In this document: positions 8,692 to 18,783 of the stretch, in pieces | Position numbering within the stretch: position 1 is the first letter of the stretch | Layout of the letters: each line of letters starts with the position of its first letter | NCBI GenBank assembly: GCA_029551145.1 | Contig: JAKPGA010000020.1 | Span: 466-64,465 of the forward strand | Origin: Thermotogota bacterium | GTDB taxonomy: Bacteria > Thermotogota > Thermotogae > Thermotogales > DSM-5069 | DNA length: 64,000 nt | Direction of reading: 5' to 3' | Notes under the pieces: generated by a model | The model's input: only the letters and a program-made list of their open reading frames with translations | Told to the model about the DNA's origin: nothing | Databases searched by the model: none | Position numbers and translations under genes: made by a program

Positions 8692-9807
8692 ATGTTGAGG
8701 TCTTTATTCAAAGCGAGAGTTGACTTGCTAAGGGATTTTGTTGAACAAAGAGGTTTTGATGGAATCCTTCTGAGCAGATGCGACAATTTCTCATGGTTTA
8801 CCTTTGGTGCGCGAAATCACATCACACTCAACACAGAGGTCGGCACAGCCCATGTTTTTGTAAACCAAGAGAGTGTTTACATTTTCACGAACAACATAGA
8901 AAGAAAACGAATTGAAAAAGAAGAAATGGACGAAGAGATATCTTCGCAAGTTGAATTTGGTGAGTACCTCTGGTCGAAGAACATGGCAGATGTTCTAAAA
9001 CCTTTTATCAGTGGCAAAAAGATAGTTTCAGATACAGGTATGCTTGGCACAGTTGACCTCAAAGCCCAGATAGATCTACTTCGGTATGCGATGAGTGACT
9101 TTGAACTGAAGACATATCAAGATTTGGGAGCTGCGTGCGATGAAGTGCTGAACAGAAAAATGAAAGAGCTGAAGCCTGATATGACGGAGCTTGAAGTGCA
9201 CGGGATTGTGTACAGCTCCTTGGCAAAGGAAGGAATTGAACCTATCTTTGTCATGGTGAGTGGTGAGGAGAGTGCCAATCTGTACAGACACAATCTACCA
9301 AGGAATGTGAGATTGGGCAAGAAGGTGTTTGTGAGTATTTGCGCGCGCAAAAGAGGGTTAGTTGTTTCTGCTACGAGATCTGTTCTGTTTGAAAAAGATC
9401 AGGCACTGATCGATCAACACAAACAGAACTGTTACATCGACGCGGTGGCAATTTCAAATTCAAAGGTTGGAGTGAAACTCAGCACGGTCTTTGAACAGAT
9501 CAAGAAGGCATACGCAGAGGTTGGAAAGCCTTATGAATGGATGCTCCATCACCAAGGAGGTCTTGCCGGTTACAACGCAAGAGAGATCATAGCCAACGAG
9601 CTGACAGACTATGAACTGAGAGTCGGCAACGTCGTTGCTTGGAACCCGACGATCACAGGAACAAAATCTGAAGACACCGTTGCCTTGACGCAGGACGGTG
9701 TCAAGATCATAAGCTACTACGAAAAAAGCGACTGGCCATGTGTGGAATTTAAGATGAATGGCATGTTGATAAGAAGGCCAGATTTGCTCGTTGTCAGGCG
9801 AGGGTGA
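8692..9807 (+). CDS. M24 (pita-bread) fold hydrolase, Xaa-Pro peptidase/creatinase-like, with metal ligands partly lost
   Basis: Creatinase-N-like domain, HHQGG, WNPTI, KSEDT. Start chosen after GGGTGA RBS. Confidence 0.78.
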   Translation: MLRSLFKARVDLLRDFVEQRGFDGILLSRCDNFSWFTFGARNHITLNTEVGTAHVFVNQESVYIFTNNIERKRIEKEEMDEEISSQVEFGEYLWSKNMADVLKPFISGKKIVSDTGMLGTVDLKAQIDLLRYAMSDFELKTYQDLGAACDEVLNRKMKELKPDMTELEVHGIVYSSLAKEGIEPIFVMVSGEESANLYRHNLPRNVRLGKKVFVSICARKRGLVVSATRSVLFEKDQALIDQHKQNCYIDAVAISNSKVGVKLSTVFEQIKKAYAEVGKPYEWMLHHQGGLAGYNAREIIANELTDYELRVGNVVAWNPTITGTKSEDTVALTQDGVKIISYYEKSDWPCVEFKMNGMLIRRPDLLVVRRG

Positions 9808-9809
9808 GA

Positions 9810-10664
9810 ATGATGTGGTCTTCACTCATATTCGAATTGTTCTGGATGGTTCTAATCCTGAGTTTTTTCATACCTTTTATTCGCGCAAACATGCAGAGAT
9901 CGACAAGAGACACGCTCATAAGACAACTTGAGACGAAAAGAAAAAGCCGTGTTATCACGTTGATACACAGGCAGGAATCAATGAGTTTCTTTGGATTCAC
10001 CTTTGGTAGATATATAAACATAGAAGATTCAGAGGAAGTGCTCAGAGCAATCAAGCTCACACCGGTCGATATGCCCATAGACATTATTCTTCATACCCCA
10101 GGTGGATTGGTCTTGGCGGCTGAGCAGATCGCAAGGGCTCTGGTGAGACACAAGGGGAAGGTGACTGTTTTTGTACCACACTACGCGATGTCAGGTGGGA
10201 CACTCATCGCACTGGCAGCCGATGAGATAGTTATGGATACCAATGCGGTGTTAGGACCACTTGATCCGCAGATAGGCAATTATCCAGCACCATCTATCCT
10301 CAGCGTACTTGAAAAAAAGGATATGAACGAAATAGACGATGAAACACTTATCCTCGCCGATGTTGCCAGAAAGGCAATCGAGCAGGTGAAGGATTTCATC
10401 AGTTGCCTGCTCACAGAAAAGGTTGGAGAGCAGAAGGCTAAGGAACTCGCAGAAACTCTTTCAAGCGGTAAATGGACCCATGATTATCCGATAACAATAG
10501 AGATGCTCAGAAAGATGGGACTACCCGTTTCGGATCAGATGCCAGAAGAGGTGTACCAACTGATGAACCTTTACAAGCAAACAGAACAAAGGAGGCCCTC
10601 TGTACAATATATACCTGCCCCATACAAGAGTGGTGAGCAAAACAACAGATCGATGCGGCTTTGA
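9810..10664 (+). CDS. Membrane-anchored SDH-family ClpP-like serine protease
   Basis: N-terminal TM, HTPGG, AMSGGT, DPQ, WTHDYP (Ser-Asp-His triad). Confidence 0.88.
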   Translation: MMWSSLIFELFWMVLILSFFIPFIRANMQRSTRDTLIRQLETKRKSRVITLIHRQESMSFFGFTFGRYINIEDSEEVLRAIKLTPVDMPIDIILHTPGGLVLAAEQIARALVRHKGKVTVFVPHYAMSGGTLIALAADEIVMDTNAVLGPLDPQIGNYPAPSILSVLEKKDMNEIDDETLILADVARKAIEQVKDFISCLLTEKVGEQKAKELAETLSSGKWTHDYPITIEMLRKMGLPVSDQMPEEVYQLMNLYKQTEQRRPSVQYIPAPYKSGEQNNRSMRL

Positions 10665-12581
10665 TCACCAAGAACGGGTATCTTTGACCCTTTCCCACAG
10701 ATCTCTTGCGAGTTCTGGTGAACTTTGATTGAGCGCGCTCAGAAGATCAAGTATCATCGAGTTACTCATCTGCTCTGTCAGCTTCAAGAGAGAATCGAGT
10801 GTGAGCTTTCCTTCTTCGATCCATTGCAAGATTCGTTCGGTGTCCAGCGTAGGCATCACGTATGTACTTTTCTCAGCCTTTGATACCTGAATCTCCCAGT
10901 TTGGCAGGACACCTCTGTATGGATAAGATGAGATCATCTTGGACCACACCGGTGCTGCATTTACTCCGCCAGTCAGATTTTCTCCATCCACAGCCACTGC
11001 GAGAATGATCTGACTATCACCACCTATGAACCATGCGGTTTTTTCAGATGTACCGGTTTTGCCGGCAACAGCTACCTTCTGCCTCGCATATACACCGGTC
11101 CCCTGTTCCACGACGCGCTTCATGACACTCAAAAGCAAGGAGCTCGCAACCATAGTACTGTTCTTTCTACCTTTGATCACACCTACGACCTTTGGAGATG
11201 CTTTGTAGATGATTCTTCCGTAAGGATCCTGGATGGCGTCTATTATGTATGGTTGAAGAACTACACCACCGTTGAAGATGGCGGCATAGCATTTGAGAAT
11301 CTCCTCAGGTGCACTTTCAACAGTACCAAGAGAGATTGTCAGATCATTTGGGTAATAACCGTTGAGTTTCATCTCTTTCTGTAGAAATTGAACGACCTTG
11401 TCTTTGCCAAGTTGCATGAACAAGTTGACCGATGGTATGTTTCTCGATTCTATGAGAGCCTGAGCCAAGCTTACCGATCCCTTGTACTGCTTATCGAAGT
11501 TTTCTGGTGTCCAATCACCGATTTTAACAGGTAAATCGGTCAATCGACTTTCCAAGCCCCAGCCTTCTAAGAGCGCCAAATAATAGTACAGAGGTTTTAT
11601 GGCCGAACCGAGCTGTCTTCTGCCTTCTGGGTATGTCAGACCAACTCCTCTATATGCGAGCACCGCACCTGTGAATGGATCTATGGCTTCTGCAACTGTA
11701 TTTTGATCAAGTTGAAGTGAATTCTTCATCATCAATGGATCGAGCGTTGTGTAGATACGATAGCCTTGCCTGACCTCGTTCAAACCGAAACCGATTGAAT
11801 TGAGTTCTCTGACGACCCTCCAAAAGACTTCTTCATCGGTATTTCTGCTTTTTTTCTCGGCATAGGCTATGTTGTCTATCATTTGCACTTGCTCATCATA
11901 CTGTTCTTGAGTCAGATAACCTTCTTTGAGCATCGCCGCTAAAACTGTCTTTGCTTTCTTCTTGGAAAGTTCTGGGTCTTTGAATGGATTGTAATTTTCT
12001 GGAGATCTTATCGTGCCGACGAGAATTGCGCTCTCTTGTAGATTCACAGTGGAAAGGTCTTTACCAAAATAATAGTTCGAAGCGCTGGCAAGCCCGTACA
12101 GACCATTTCCCATGTACGCAGAGTTCAGATACATTTGCAGAATCTCATCCTTTGTGCGCACCCTTTCAAGCCATAAGGCGATAAAGATTTCTCTGATCTT
12201 TCTTTCCCATGTTCGCTCCAGCGATAGATAAAGTGTTCTTGCAAGCTGTTGAGTGATCGTACTGGCACCTTCGTTGATAGAAAGGGTGGAAAGATTTCTG
12301 ACAGTTGCCCTCACGATCCCTTCAAGGTCGATACCTATATGAGATACGAAGTTCTTATCTTCGGAGGAAATCAGCGCGTTGATCAGCACCGTAGGTACCT
12401 CTGGCAGATTTTTCCAGAAAGCTCTGGAAAGCATTACCGGAGAACCATCTTTGTAAAACATGATCAGACCTGTTGGAAGGTGGGATTCCGGTGCATCGAG
12501 ATCTTTGGTGATCAAGAAGTAGCAAACAAACAGCCCAATCAAAGATACTGCTAAACCTGAGAGGAATGCGATTCTCTTCAA
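10665..12581 (-). CDS. Class A penicillin-binding protein (transglycosylase/transpeptidase)
   Basis: SSEDKNF, GASTITQQLAR, RKIREI; SxxK (SAIK), SxN (SRN), KTG. Confidence 0.93.
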   Translation of the reverse strand: MKRIAFLSGLAVSLIGLFVCYFLITKDLDAPESHLPTGLIMFYKDGSPVMLSRAFWKNLPEVPTVLINALISSEDKNFVSHIGIDLEGIVRATVRNLSTLSINEGASTITQQLARTLYLSLERTWERKIREIFIALWLERVRTKDEILQMYLNSAYMGNGLYGLASASNYYFGKDLSTVNLQESAILVGTIRSPENYNPFKDPELSKKKAKTVLAAMLKEGYLTQEQYDEQVQMIDNIAYAEKKSRNTDEEVFWRVVRELNSIGFGLNEVRQGYRIYTTLDPLMMKNSLQLDQNTVAEAIDPFTGAVLAYRGVGLTYPEGRRQLGSAIKPLYYYLALLEGWGLESRLTDLPVKIGDWTPENFDKQYKGSVSLAQALIESRNIPSVNLFMQLGKDKVVQFLQKEMKLNGYYPNDLTISLGTVESAPEEILKCYAAIFNGGVVLQPYIIDAIQDPYGRIIYKASPKVVGVIKGRKNSTMVASSLLLSVMKRVVEQGTGVYARQKVAVAGKTGTSEKTAWFIGGDSQIILAVAVDGENLTGGVNAAPVWSKMISSYPYRGVLPNWEIQVSKAEKSTYVMPTLDTERILQWIEEGKLTLDSLLKLTEQMSNSMILDLLSALNQSSPELARDLWERVKDTRSW

Positions 12582-13009
12582 AATTCACACCCCTCGATCT
12601 TGAGCAGCATCCTTTTCCATTGTATGCCGCCGGTGAATCCACCGATAGAGTCTTTCGCCACAACCCTGTGGCATGGAAAGTAGATCGGCAATGGATTTGC
12701 CTTCAATGCCTGCCCCACAGCCCTGGGAGCGGTTTTGAGTTTCTCAGCCAGTTCTTTGTATGTCACCACATGTCCATACGGTATTTTTCTCAGCGATGCC
12801 CACACTCTTTTTTGAAACTCTGTGCCAGGAACCTCTACGGGAAAATCGAGCGTCTTTCTTCTGCCCTCGAGATACTCTTGAAACTGGGTTGCGATCTCTC
12901 GGTTAATCTTCCCTTCACACCTTTGGTTGAACTGTATTTTGAAAACACGGCCATCTTTCTCGTAAACACACAGATACCCAGATTCTGTTTCAAAAGATTG
13001 ACAATTCAT
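12578..13009 (-). CDS. ogt: Methylated-DNA-protein-cysteine methyltransferase
   Basis: IPYG..TY, RAVG, PCHRVV active site. Confidence 0.95.
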   Translation of the reverse strand: MNCQSFETESGYLCVYEKDGRVFKIQFNQRCEGKINREIATQFQEYLEGRRKTLDFPVEVPGTEFQKRVWASLRKIPYGHVVTYKELAEKLKTAPRAVGQALKANPLPIYFPCHRVVAKDSIGGFTGGIQWKRMLLKIEGCEF

Positions 13010-13052
13010 GACTCATGCCCCCTTTCTGCCATAATATCTTTGAGGTGATCAA

Positions 13053-14045
13053 ATGAGAAAAAGATTTCGCGAAACCAATCTGACCTTTGGCAAATTACCT
13101 CCCGCAGAAAAGAATCTTATCACAGATGTTGGGCAAATCAAAGTCGGACATGTGACACTTTGTTCTGACAAACCGACTGTGATTAGGACTGGTGTTACCG
13201 CCGTGGTGCCACAGGATGTTTTCAATCGCCGGCTGAACGCTGCCTGTTCTGTATTGAATGGTTTTGGGAAATCGGCTGGTTTGATGCAGATAGAAGAGTT
13301 GGGGCAGATAGAAACCCCAATCATTTTGACCAATACACTCAGTGTTGGTGTGGGTTTTCAGGGTCTGGTGGATTATATGAGCAAGAAATACAGATTCAGA
13401 ACACTCAATCCAGTTGTTTGTGAATGCAACGATGGCTTTCTCAACGATATACTCTATCCAGCGGTAAGAACAGACCACATTGCACAGGCTATTGAATCGG
13501 CATCACAGATCTTTGAACTCGGCAGCGTCGGTGCTGGTACTGGGATGACCAGTTTTGGGTTCAAGGCAGGTATAGGTAGTGCTTCAAGAGTTCTGAGAGA
13601 TAATTATGTGATGGGCACACTTGTACTCGCGAATTTCGGAGCCTTTGAAGACTTGACTATCCTTGGCAAAAAGGCATCTGAGTACACAAAACCGGGTGTA
13701 GAGAAAAAACAAGACAGTGGTTCGATCATCATATTGGTTGCGACGAACATGCCACTTGATTCAAGACAGCTCAAGCGCGTGGCAAGGCACTCCTTCCTCG
13801 CGCTTGGTATGCTTGGTGCGCCTGGCTATCATTCAAGTGGTGATGTGTGTATTGCCTTTTCAACGACAAATGGGCACGTGGAGGAGACAAGAGAGAATTT
13901 CGATCTGCTGTTCAGGGCGGTAGTCGAATCCACCTATGAAGCTATATGTGATGCATTGTTTTGTGCAGAAGATATGGACGGTTTTTCTGGTAGAGCAAGA
14001 GCCATGCCGGTGGAATGGGTGATAGAATCAACCAGGAGGGATTGA
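13053..14045 (+). CDS. P1/S58 family L-aminopeptidase/D-esterase (DmpA-like)
   Basis: NLITDV..IKVGH, LNGFGK, ECNDG, VGAGTGM, GSII autoproteolysis site. Confidence 0.9.
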   Translation: MRKRFRETNLTFGKLPPAEKNLITDVGQIKVGHVTLCSDKPTVIRTGVTAVVPQDVFNRRLNAACSVLNGFGKSAGLMQIEELGQIETPIILTNTLSVGVGFQGLVDYMSKKYRFRTLNPVVCECNDGFLNDILYPAVRTDHIAQAIESASQIFELGSVGAGTGMTSFGFKAGIGSASRVLRDNYVMGTLVLANFGAFEDLTILGKKASEYTKPGVEKKQDSGSIIILVATNMPLDSRQLKRVARHSFLALGMLGAPGYHSSGDVCIAFSTTNGHVEETRENFDLLFRAVVESTYEAICDALFCAEDMDGFSGRARAMPVEWVIESTRRD

Positions 14046-14046
14046 G

Positions 14047-15858
14047 TTGAAAGATATAGAGTTGATCAGAAACATCTGCATCATCGCACACATAGATCAT
14101 GGCAAGACCACCTTTGTAGATAGAATACTGGAGATCACAAAGAGCGTAGACCCCCGTCTGATGCACGAACAATTTTTGGATCAGATGGATATCGAGAGAG
14201 AACGCGGTATAACGATCAAAGCCCAGCCCGTTAAGGTGATCTATCAATACGGTGGCAAAGAATACGAGATAAACATCATAGATACGCCGGGACACGTTGA
14301 TTTCTCATACGAAGTCAGCAGAAGCATGGCAGCCTGCGAAGGTGCAGTGCTTTTGGTTGACGCTTCCCAAGGTGTTGAAGCTCAAACGGTTGCACACACA
14401 TACCTTGCGATCGAAAATGACCTTGATCTGGTACCGACTCTGAACAAGATAGATCTACCAAATGTGAACATTGAGGAAGCAGAGAATGAATTGATCAGCT
14501 TGGTTGGAGTGGACCGATCGGAGATTCTGAAGATGAGTGCGAAGACAGGAGAGGGCGTCGAGCAGGTCTTAGATGCCATAGTACAGAAGATTCGTCCTCC
14601 AAAAGGTGATCCGTCAAAGCCTCTCAAGGCTTTGATCTTTGACGCAAAATACGACAAATATCGAGGAGTGATAGTGTACGTAAGGATCTTTGACGGCTTA
14701 ATCAGGAAAAACGACAAGATAATGATCATGTCAACAAAAGAAGAATATGAAGTTGTCGAGGTTGGCATCTTCACACCAGACATGAAACCGATCGATGAGC
14801 TTGGACCAGGAGAGGTCGGCTACATCATAGCAGGTATAAAAGAGGTAACTCACGCTAAGGTTGGTGACACAATAACAAGTGCAATCAATCCCGTTGATGT
14901 TCCACTACCCGGTTACAAAGAAGTCAAACCGATGGTCTACGCCGGGATGTTTCCAGGATTACCCGAATACTACGAGGAACTGAAAAAATCACTTGAGAAA
15001 CTCAAACTGAATGACTGGGCATTGACCTTTGAGCCAAGTCATTCACCGGCACTTGGTTTTGGTTTCAGGTGCGGTTTTCTTGGTCTACTGCACATGGACA
15101 TAGTGAGAGAAAGGCTGGAGAGAGAGTTCGAAATGGCAGTCATTCTCACCGCACCTAATGTTGAGTACAGGATATTACTAAACAACGGTCAGACCATCAC
15201 GGTGAACGATCCAGCTAAGTTCCCAGATGAAGATGAGATACAAAAGGTCTATGAACCATTCGTGAAGCTTTCGGTGATAACTCCCACCGACTATGTTGGC
15301 GACATCTTCACAAACCTTCAAAATGAAAGAAGGGCGACTCTCTCGCACACGGAAAATGCCGGGGTAAACAGGGTCATCATGCACTTCAAAGTGCCACTCG
15401 CCGAGATAATAACGGATTTCTTCGACAAATTGAAGGCAATTAGTCGCGGTTATGCGTCCATGGACTACGAATTGATCGGTTACGAGGAATCCGATGTGGT
15501 GAAGATATCAATCCTTGTGAACAAAGAACCTGTGGATGCGCTGGCAACAGTCGCGCACAAAAGCAAGGCATACAGCGTGGCAAAAAAACTGGTCGACAAA
15601 CTTTCCGAACTGATACCTCGCCACCAGTTCGAGATACCCGTTCAGGCAAAGGCGTTCGGGAGAATCATCGCCCGTGCTGATATCAAGGCTCTCAGAAAAG
15701 ATGTGCTTGCCAAATGCTACGGCGGGGACGTGACAAGAAAGATGAAATTGCTTGAGAAACAAAAAGAGGGAAAGAAAAAACTGCGAGAGATAGGACAGGT
15801 TACAATCCCACAGGAAGCCTTCCTCGCGCTACTGAGAATAGGCGAGGAAGAGCAATGA
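14047..15858 (+). CDS. lepA: Elongation factor 4
   Basis: AHIDHGKTT, ERERGITIKA, DTPGHVDF, KCYGGD C-terminal domain. Confidence 0.98.
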   Translation: MKDIELIRNICIIAHIDHGKTTFVDRILEITKSVDPRLMHEQFLDQMDIERERGITIKAQPVKVIYQYGGKEYEINIIDTPGHVDFSYEVSRSMAACEGAVLLVDASQGVEAQTVAHTYLAIENDLDLVPTLNKIDLPNVNIEEAENELISLVGVDRSEILKMSAKTGEGVEQVLDAIVQKIRPPKGDPSKPLKALIFDAKYDKYRGVIVYVRIFDGLIRKNDKIMIMSTKEEYEVVEVGIFTPDMKPIDELGPGEVGYIIAGIKEVTHAKVGDTITSAINPVDVPLPGYKEVKPMVYAGMFPGLPEYYEELKKSLEKLKLNDWALTFEPSHSPALGFGFRCGFLGLLHMDIVRERLEREFEMAVILTAPNVEYRILLNNGQTITVNDPAKFPDEDEIQKVYEPFVKLSVITPTDYVGDIFTNLQNERRATLSHTENAGVNRVIMHFKVPLAEIITDFFDKLKAISRGYASMDYELIGYEESDVVKISILVNKEPVDALATVAHKSKAYSVAKKLVDKLSELIPRHQFEIPVQAKAFGRIIARADIKALRKDVLAKCYGGDVTRKMKLLEKQKEGKKKLREIGQVTIPQEAFLALLRIGEEEQ

Positions 15859-15868
15859 TTTATTGAGA

Positions 15869-16786
15869 TCAAAAGAATCTTTTCAGATGCTCAAGACCCA
15901 TTTTCAAACCGATCTGGGATTTTTGCACAGTGCCTGCCCAGACCGGGTCTTCATGTTCTATGCTGACGACAAAGTCGTATCCGATTCTCTTGAGCGCGAG
16001 TATGAATTCCTCCCAGTCTATCTCCCCAAGACCTGGGAGCCTGTAGGTCCACCAGCTCTTGCCATGCAGATTAGTCCCGAAGTGACCAAAGATTCCCTGT
16101 TCATCGAGCAGATTCTCTTCTATCTGAACATCCTTCGCATGGACGTGAAAGATTCTGTCTTTGAATTCTTCAACAGCCTTTATGTAATCAATGCCAAGCC
16201 AGTAAAGGTGAGATGGATCAAAGTTCAAACCAAAAGAATCGGGGGTTATTCTGAAGACTTCCCTCCACAACTGTGGTGAGTAGAAGATATTGCCTATCTT
16301 CTCATCTTCCTGCCAACCTACCATCGGGCAGTTTTCTATCATGAGTTTTACATTTTTCTTCTCGGCATAGGCAATCAGAGGTTTGAAGACCTTTTCAAAC
16401 TCCACCAAATTCTCCTCGACCGACTTTGTTATATCCCTACCAATGAAGGTCCCAACCAATTCCACTTTCAGTAGGTTTGCAACATCTATGACCTTCTTCA
16501 AATGATCGTTGATCTGTTTTCGCTTTTTTGGATCTGAGTCAAGGTTGTTATCATAATAAGCCAGAGAGGATATAATCAAACCATATTTGTCAAGCAGTTT
16601 TCTGGTTTCTTCTGCCTTCTTCTTGTTGAAATCAGTTACATCTATCGTCGTTGAAGAAAAATCCCTTTCATTCACAAGCGGCCATACGGCAACTTCCAGC
16701 GCCTCAAAACCATTCTTGGAAGACCATGATGCGATCTCTTCTAATTTCGTGTTCCCAAGGGCGACAGTCAGAAAGCCAATTCTCAT
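15869..16786 (-). CDS. Sugar phosphate isomerase/epimerase (AP-endonuclease-2 TIM barrel)
   Basis: IENCPM, FDPSHL, HVHAKD, LPGLGEIDW, SIEHED. Confidence 0.88.
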   Translation of the reverse strand: MRIGFLTVALGNTKLEEIASWSSKNGFEALEVAVWPLVNERDFSSTTIDVTDFNKKKAEETRKLLDKYGLIISSLAYYDNNLDSDPKKRKQINDHLKKVIDVANLLKVELVGTFIGRDITKSVEENLVEFEKVFKPLIAYAEKKNVKLMIENCPMVGWQEDEKIGNIFYSPQLWREVFRITPDSFGLNFDPSHLYWLGIDYIKAVEEFKDRIFHVHAKDVQIEENLLDEQGIFGHFGTNLHGKSWWTYRLPGLGEIDWEEFILALKRIGYDFVVSIEHEDPVWAGTVQKSQIGLKMGLEHLKRFF

Positions 16787-16809
16787 AGCTCTACCTCCTC
16801 TTAAGGGCA

Positions 16810-16831
16810 GGGTCAGGCAAGAGCCTGACCC
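16810..16831. other. Intra-operon stem-loop downstream of SBP gene
   Basis: GGGTCAGGC-aaga-GCCTGACCC, perfect 9 bp. Confidence 0.6.
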
Positions 16832-16836
16832 AAGTC

Positions 16837-17784
16837 CTAAAAGACTGATTCTGGGAAATAATAATCTTTTGCGTTTTCTTTGGTCACAGTTTCGGTGGCA
16901 AGAATGATCTTTCTCGGTATGCCTCTTTGATAGAACCCGTTGAGATCCTGTTTTCTCAGTGCCATGACCGCAAGGTTAATCGCCGTCGAGATCATGTTTG
17001 GTGGATAGGTGAAGTTAACTCCGATGAGTGGGTGTCCATCCATGATCATCTTGACCATATTTTTCTCGCAGGCTCCTCCTACCAATACCATGTTTTTGTC
17101 TCTGCCAGCCTGTTTGAGCGCCAAGAGCACACCATGGAGCATGTCGTCATCACCGGTCCAAACTGCATCGATGGTACCGAACTTTGTGAGCAGTGTCTGC
17201 ATTACTTCAAAGGCTTTTTCTCTACTCCAATAACCAGGTTGCTCTGCGATGATCTTCAGGTCTGGGTACAGACTTATCGCATCTTTGAAGGCCTGGACTC
17301 TCTCATCATCGATGCTGCATGGAATACCTCTTATGACCACGATATTGCCTTTTCCTTTGAGCTTTTCAGCTATGTACTTGCCTGCCAGATAACCGTACAT
17401 GTAGTTGTCTCCAGCTATGTAGCAGTTGTACTCCTCGGAGTTTATACCCCTGTCCACGATCACCGTGAAAATACCCTGTCTGAAGGCCTGTACGCATATC
17501 GGTGTGAGTGGTGCAGATTCGTATGGGTTGATCACAAGAGCGTCGATCCCTTTTGCCATAAGTGCCTGAACCTGTGCAATCTGTTCACTCGGTTCCTTTG
17601 CTGTCACCAAATAGAACTCGACGTCTGGATCGTTCTGATACTGTTTGATCGCATACTGTGCCCACCAGACCATTCCGCCTGTCCATCCGTGATCTGCTGC
17701 AGGAATTGCCACACCTACTCTGATTTTTGCAGCAAAGCTGAGTACAACTATTGCCAGAACAAGAAACACCAAAAACTTTCTCAT
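16837..17784 (-). CDS. CUT2 (RbsB-like) sugar ABC substrate-binding protein
   Basis: Signal peptide, periplasmic-binding type I motifs (GIDALVINP, GDNYMYG). Confidence 0.92.
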   Translation of the reverse strand: MRKFLVFLVLAIVVLSFAAKIRVGVAIPAADHGWTGGMVWWAQYAIKQYQNDPDVEFYLVTAKEPSEQIAQVQALMAKGIDALVINPYESAPLTPICVQAFRQGIFTVIVDRGINSEEYNCYIAGDNYMYGYLAGKYIAEKLKGKGNIVVIRGIPCSIDDERVQAFKDAISLYPDLKIIAEQPGYWSREKAFEVMQTLLTKFGTIDAVWTGDDDMLHGVLLALKQAGRDKNMVLVGGACEKNMVKMIMDGHPLIGVNFTYPPNMISTAINLAVMALRKQDLNGFYQRGIPRKIILATETVTKENAKDYYFPESVF

Positions 17785-17820
17785 AAGAACACCTCCCTTG
17801 ATATTCCCCCACGTGGGGTA

Positions 17821-18783
17821 TCATTCTTTTCTCAAATTCTGCAGCAACACCGCTGCGATTATGATCAAACCTTTCACCATGCCCTGCAGATAAACCGCAA
17901 CATTGAGCATGACGAGCATGTTGTTTATGACACCCAGTATCAAAGCACCAAAAAACGTTCCGAAGACGCTACCCTTGCCACCGCTGAGACTCGTTCCACC
18001 TATCACCGCTGCAGCTATCGCGTCCAGTTCAAAGCCATTGCCCGTCGAAGAGGAACTCACAGAGCTCATCATAGAAGAGAGCAACACAGCGGATGTAGCA
18101 ACTGAGACCCCACTGACCACATAGGTCAGAGTTCTCACCATATCTACCTTGATAGCCGAGTACAGAGCCGCCGTTTCATTTGCGCCAACGGCATAAACAT
18201 GTCTGCCGAATTTCGTTTTATCCAGTAGAATATAGGCAACAATTGCGTAAGCAATGAACACTATCATTGGAAGAGGCAACCCAAGGACGAATTTCATGCC
18301 TATGTCTGAGTACTTCCTTGAGATTGTCATATACACGCCACCGTTAGCGAAATTCAAGACCAAAGATCTGTAGATCGCCATACCACCGAGTGTCGTAACA
18401 AAAGCGGGTATCTTTCCCTTGGTCGTCAGCAACCCCGTACCAAAGCCAAGCAGTATTCCCAAACCATAGGTCAACAGAATTGACAAAAAGACTGATAAAG
18501 CACTGTCACCGAATTTATTGACACTTTGAATTGCCAAAGCTCCCAATAGGGCAACCATCGATCCAACTGAAAGGTCTATTCCCCCTGCTATCATCACAAA
18601 AGTTATTCCAATTGCGATTATTCCAACGTACGATGTCTGCCAGAAAATATTCAGGATATTTCTTGGTTTCAGAAAAGCAGGGCTGAGTATGCCAGAGAAG
18701 ATCATCAACGCCACCAAGATGAAAACTATTATGTACTTGGAGAGATTCAGCTTGAAAGTCCACTTATCCTTTATAAGAATCAC
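17821..18783 (-). CDS. CUT2 (RbsC-like) sugar ABC permease
   Basis: [30 protein letters not shown]. Start approximate. Confidence 0.92.
   Translation of the reverse strand: MILIKDKWTFKLNLSKYIIVFILVALMIFSGILSPAFLKPRNILNIFWQTSYVGIIAIGITFVMIAGGIDLSVGSMVALLGALAIQSVNKFGDSALSVFLSILLTYGLGILLGFGTGLLTTKGKIPAFVTTLGGMAIYRSLVLNFANGGVYMTISRKYSDIGMKFVLGLPLPMIVFIAYAIVAYILLDKTKFGRHVYAVGANETAALYSAIKVDMVRTLTYVVSGVSVATSAVLLSSMMSSVSSSSTGNGFELDAIAAAVIGGTSLSGGKGSVFGTFFGALILGVINNMLVMLNVAVYLQGMVKGLIIIAAVLLQNLRKE

Noticed and set aside
16927-18105. 392-aa plus-strand ORF
   Set aside because: Antisense shadow of the SBP and permease genes; His/Cys-rich nonsense composition, no RBS and no family motif.
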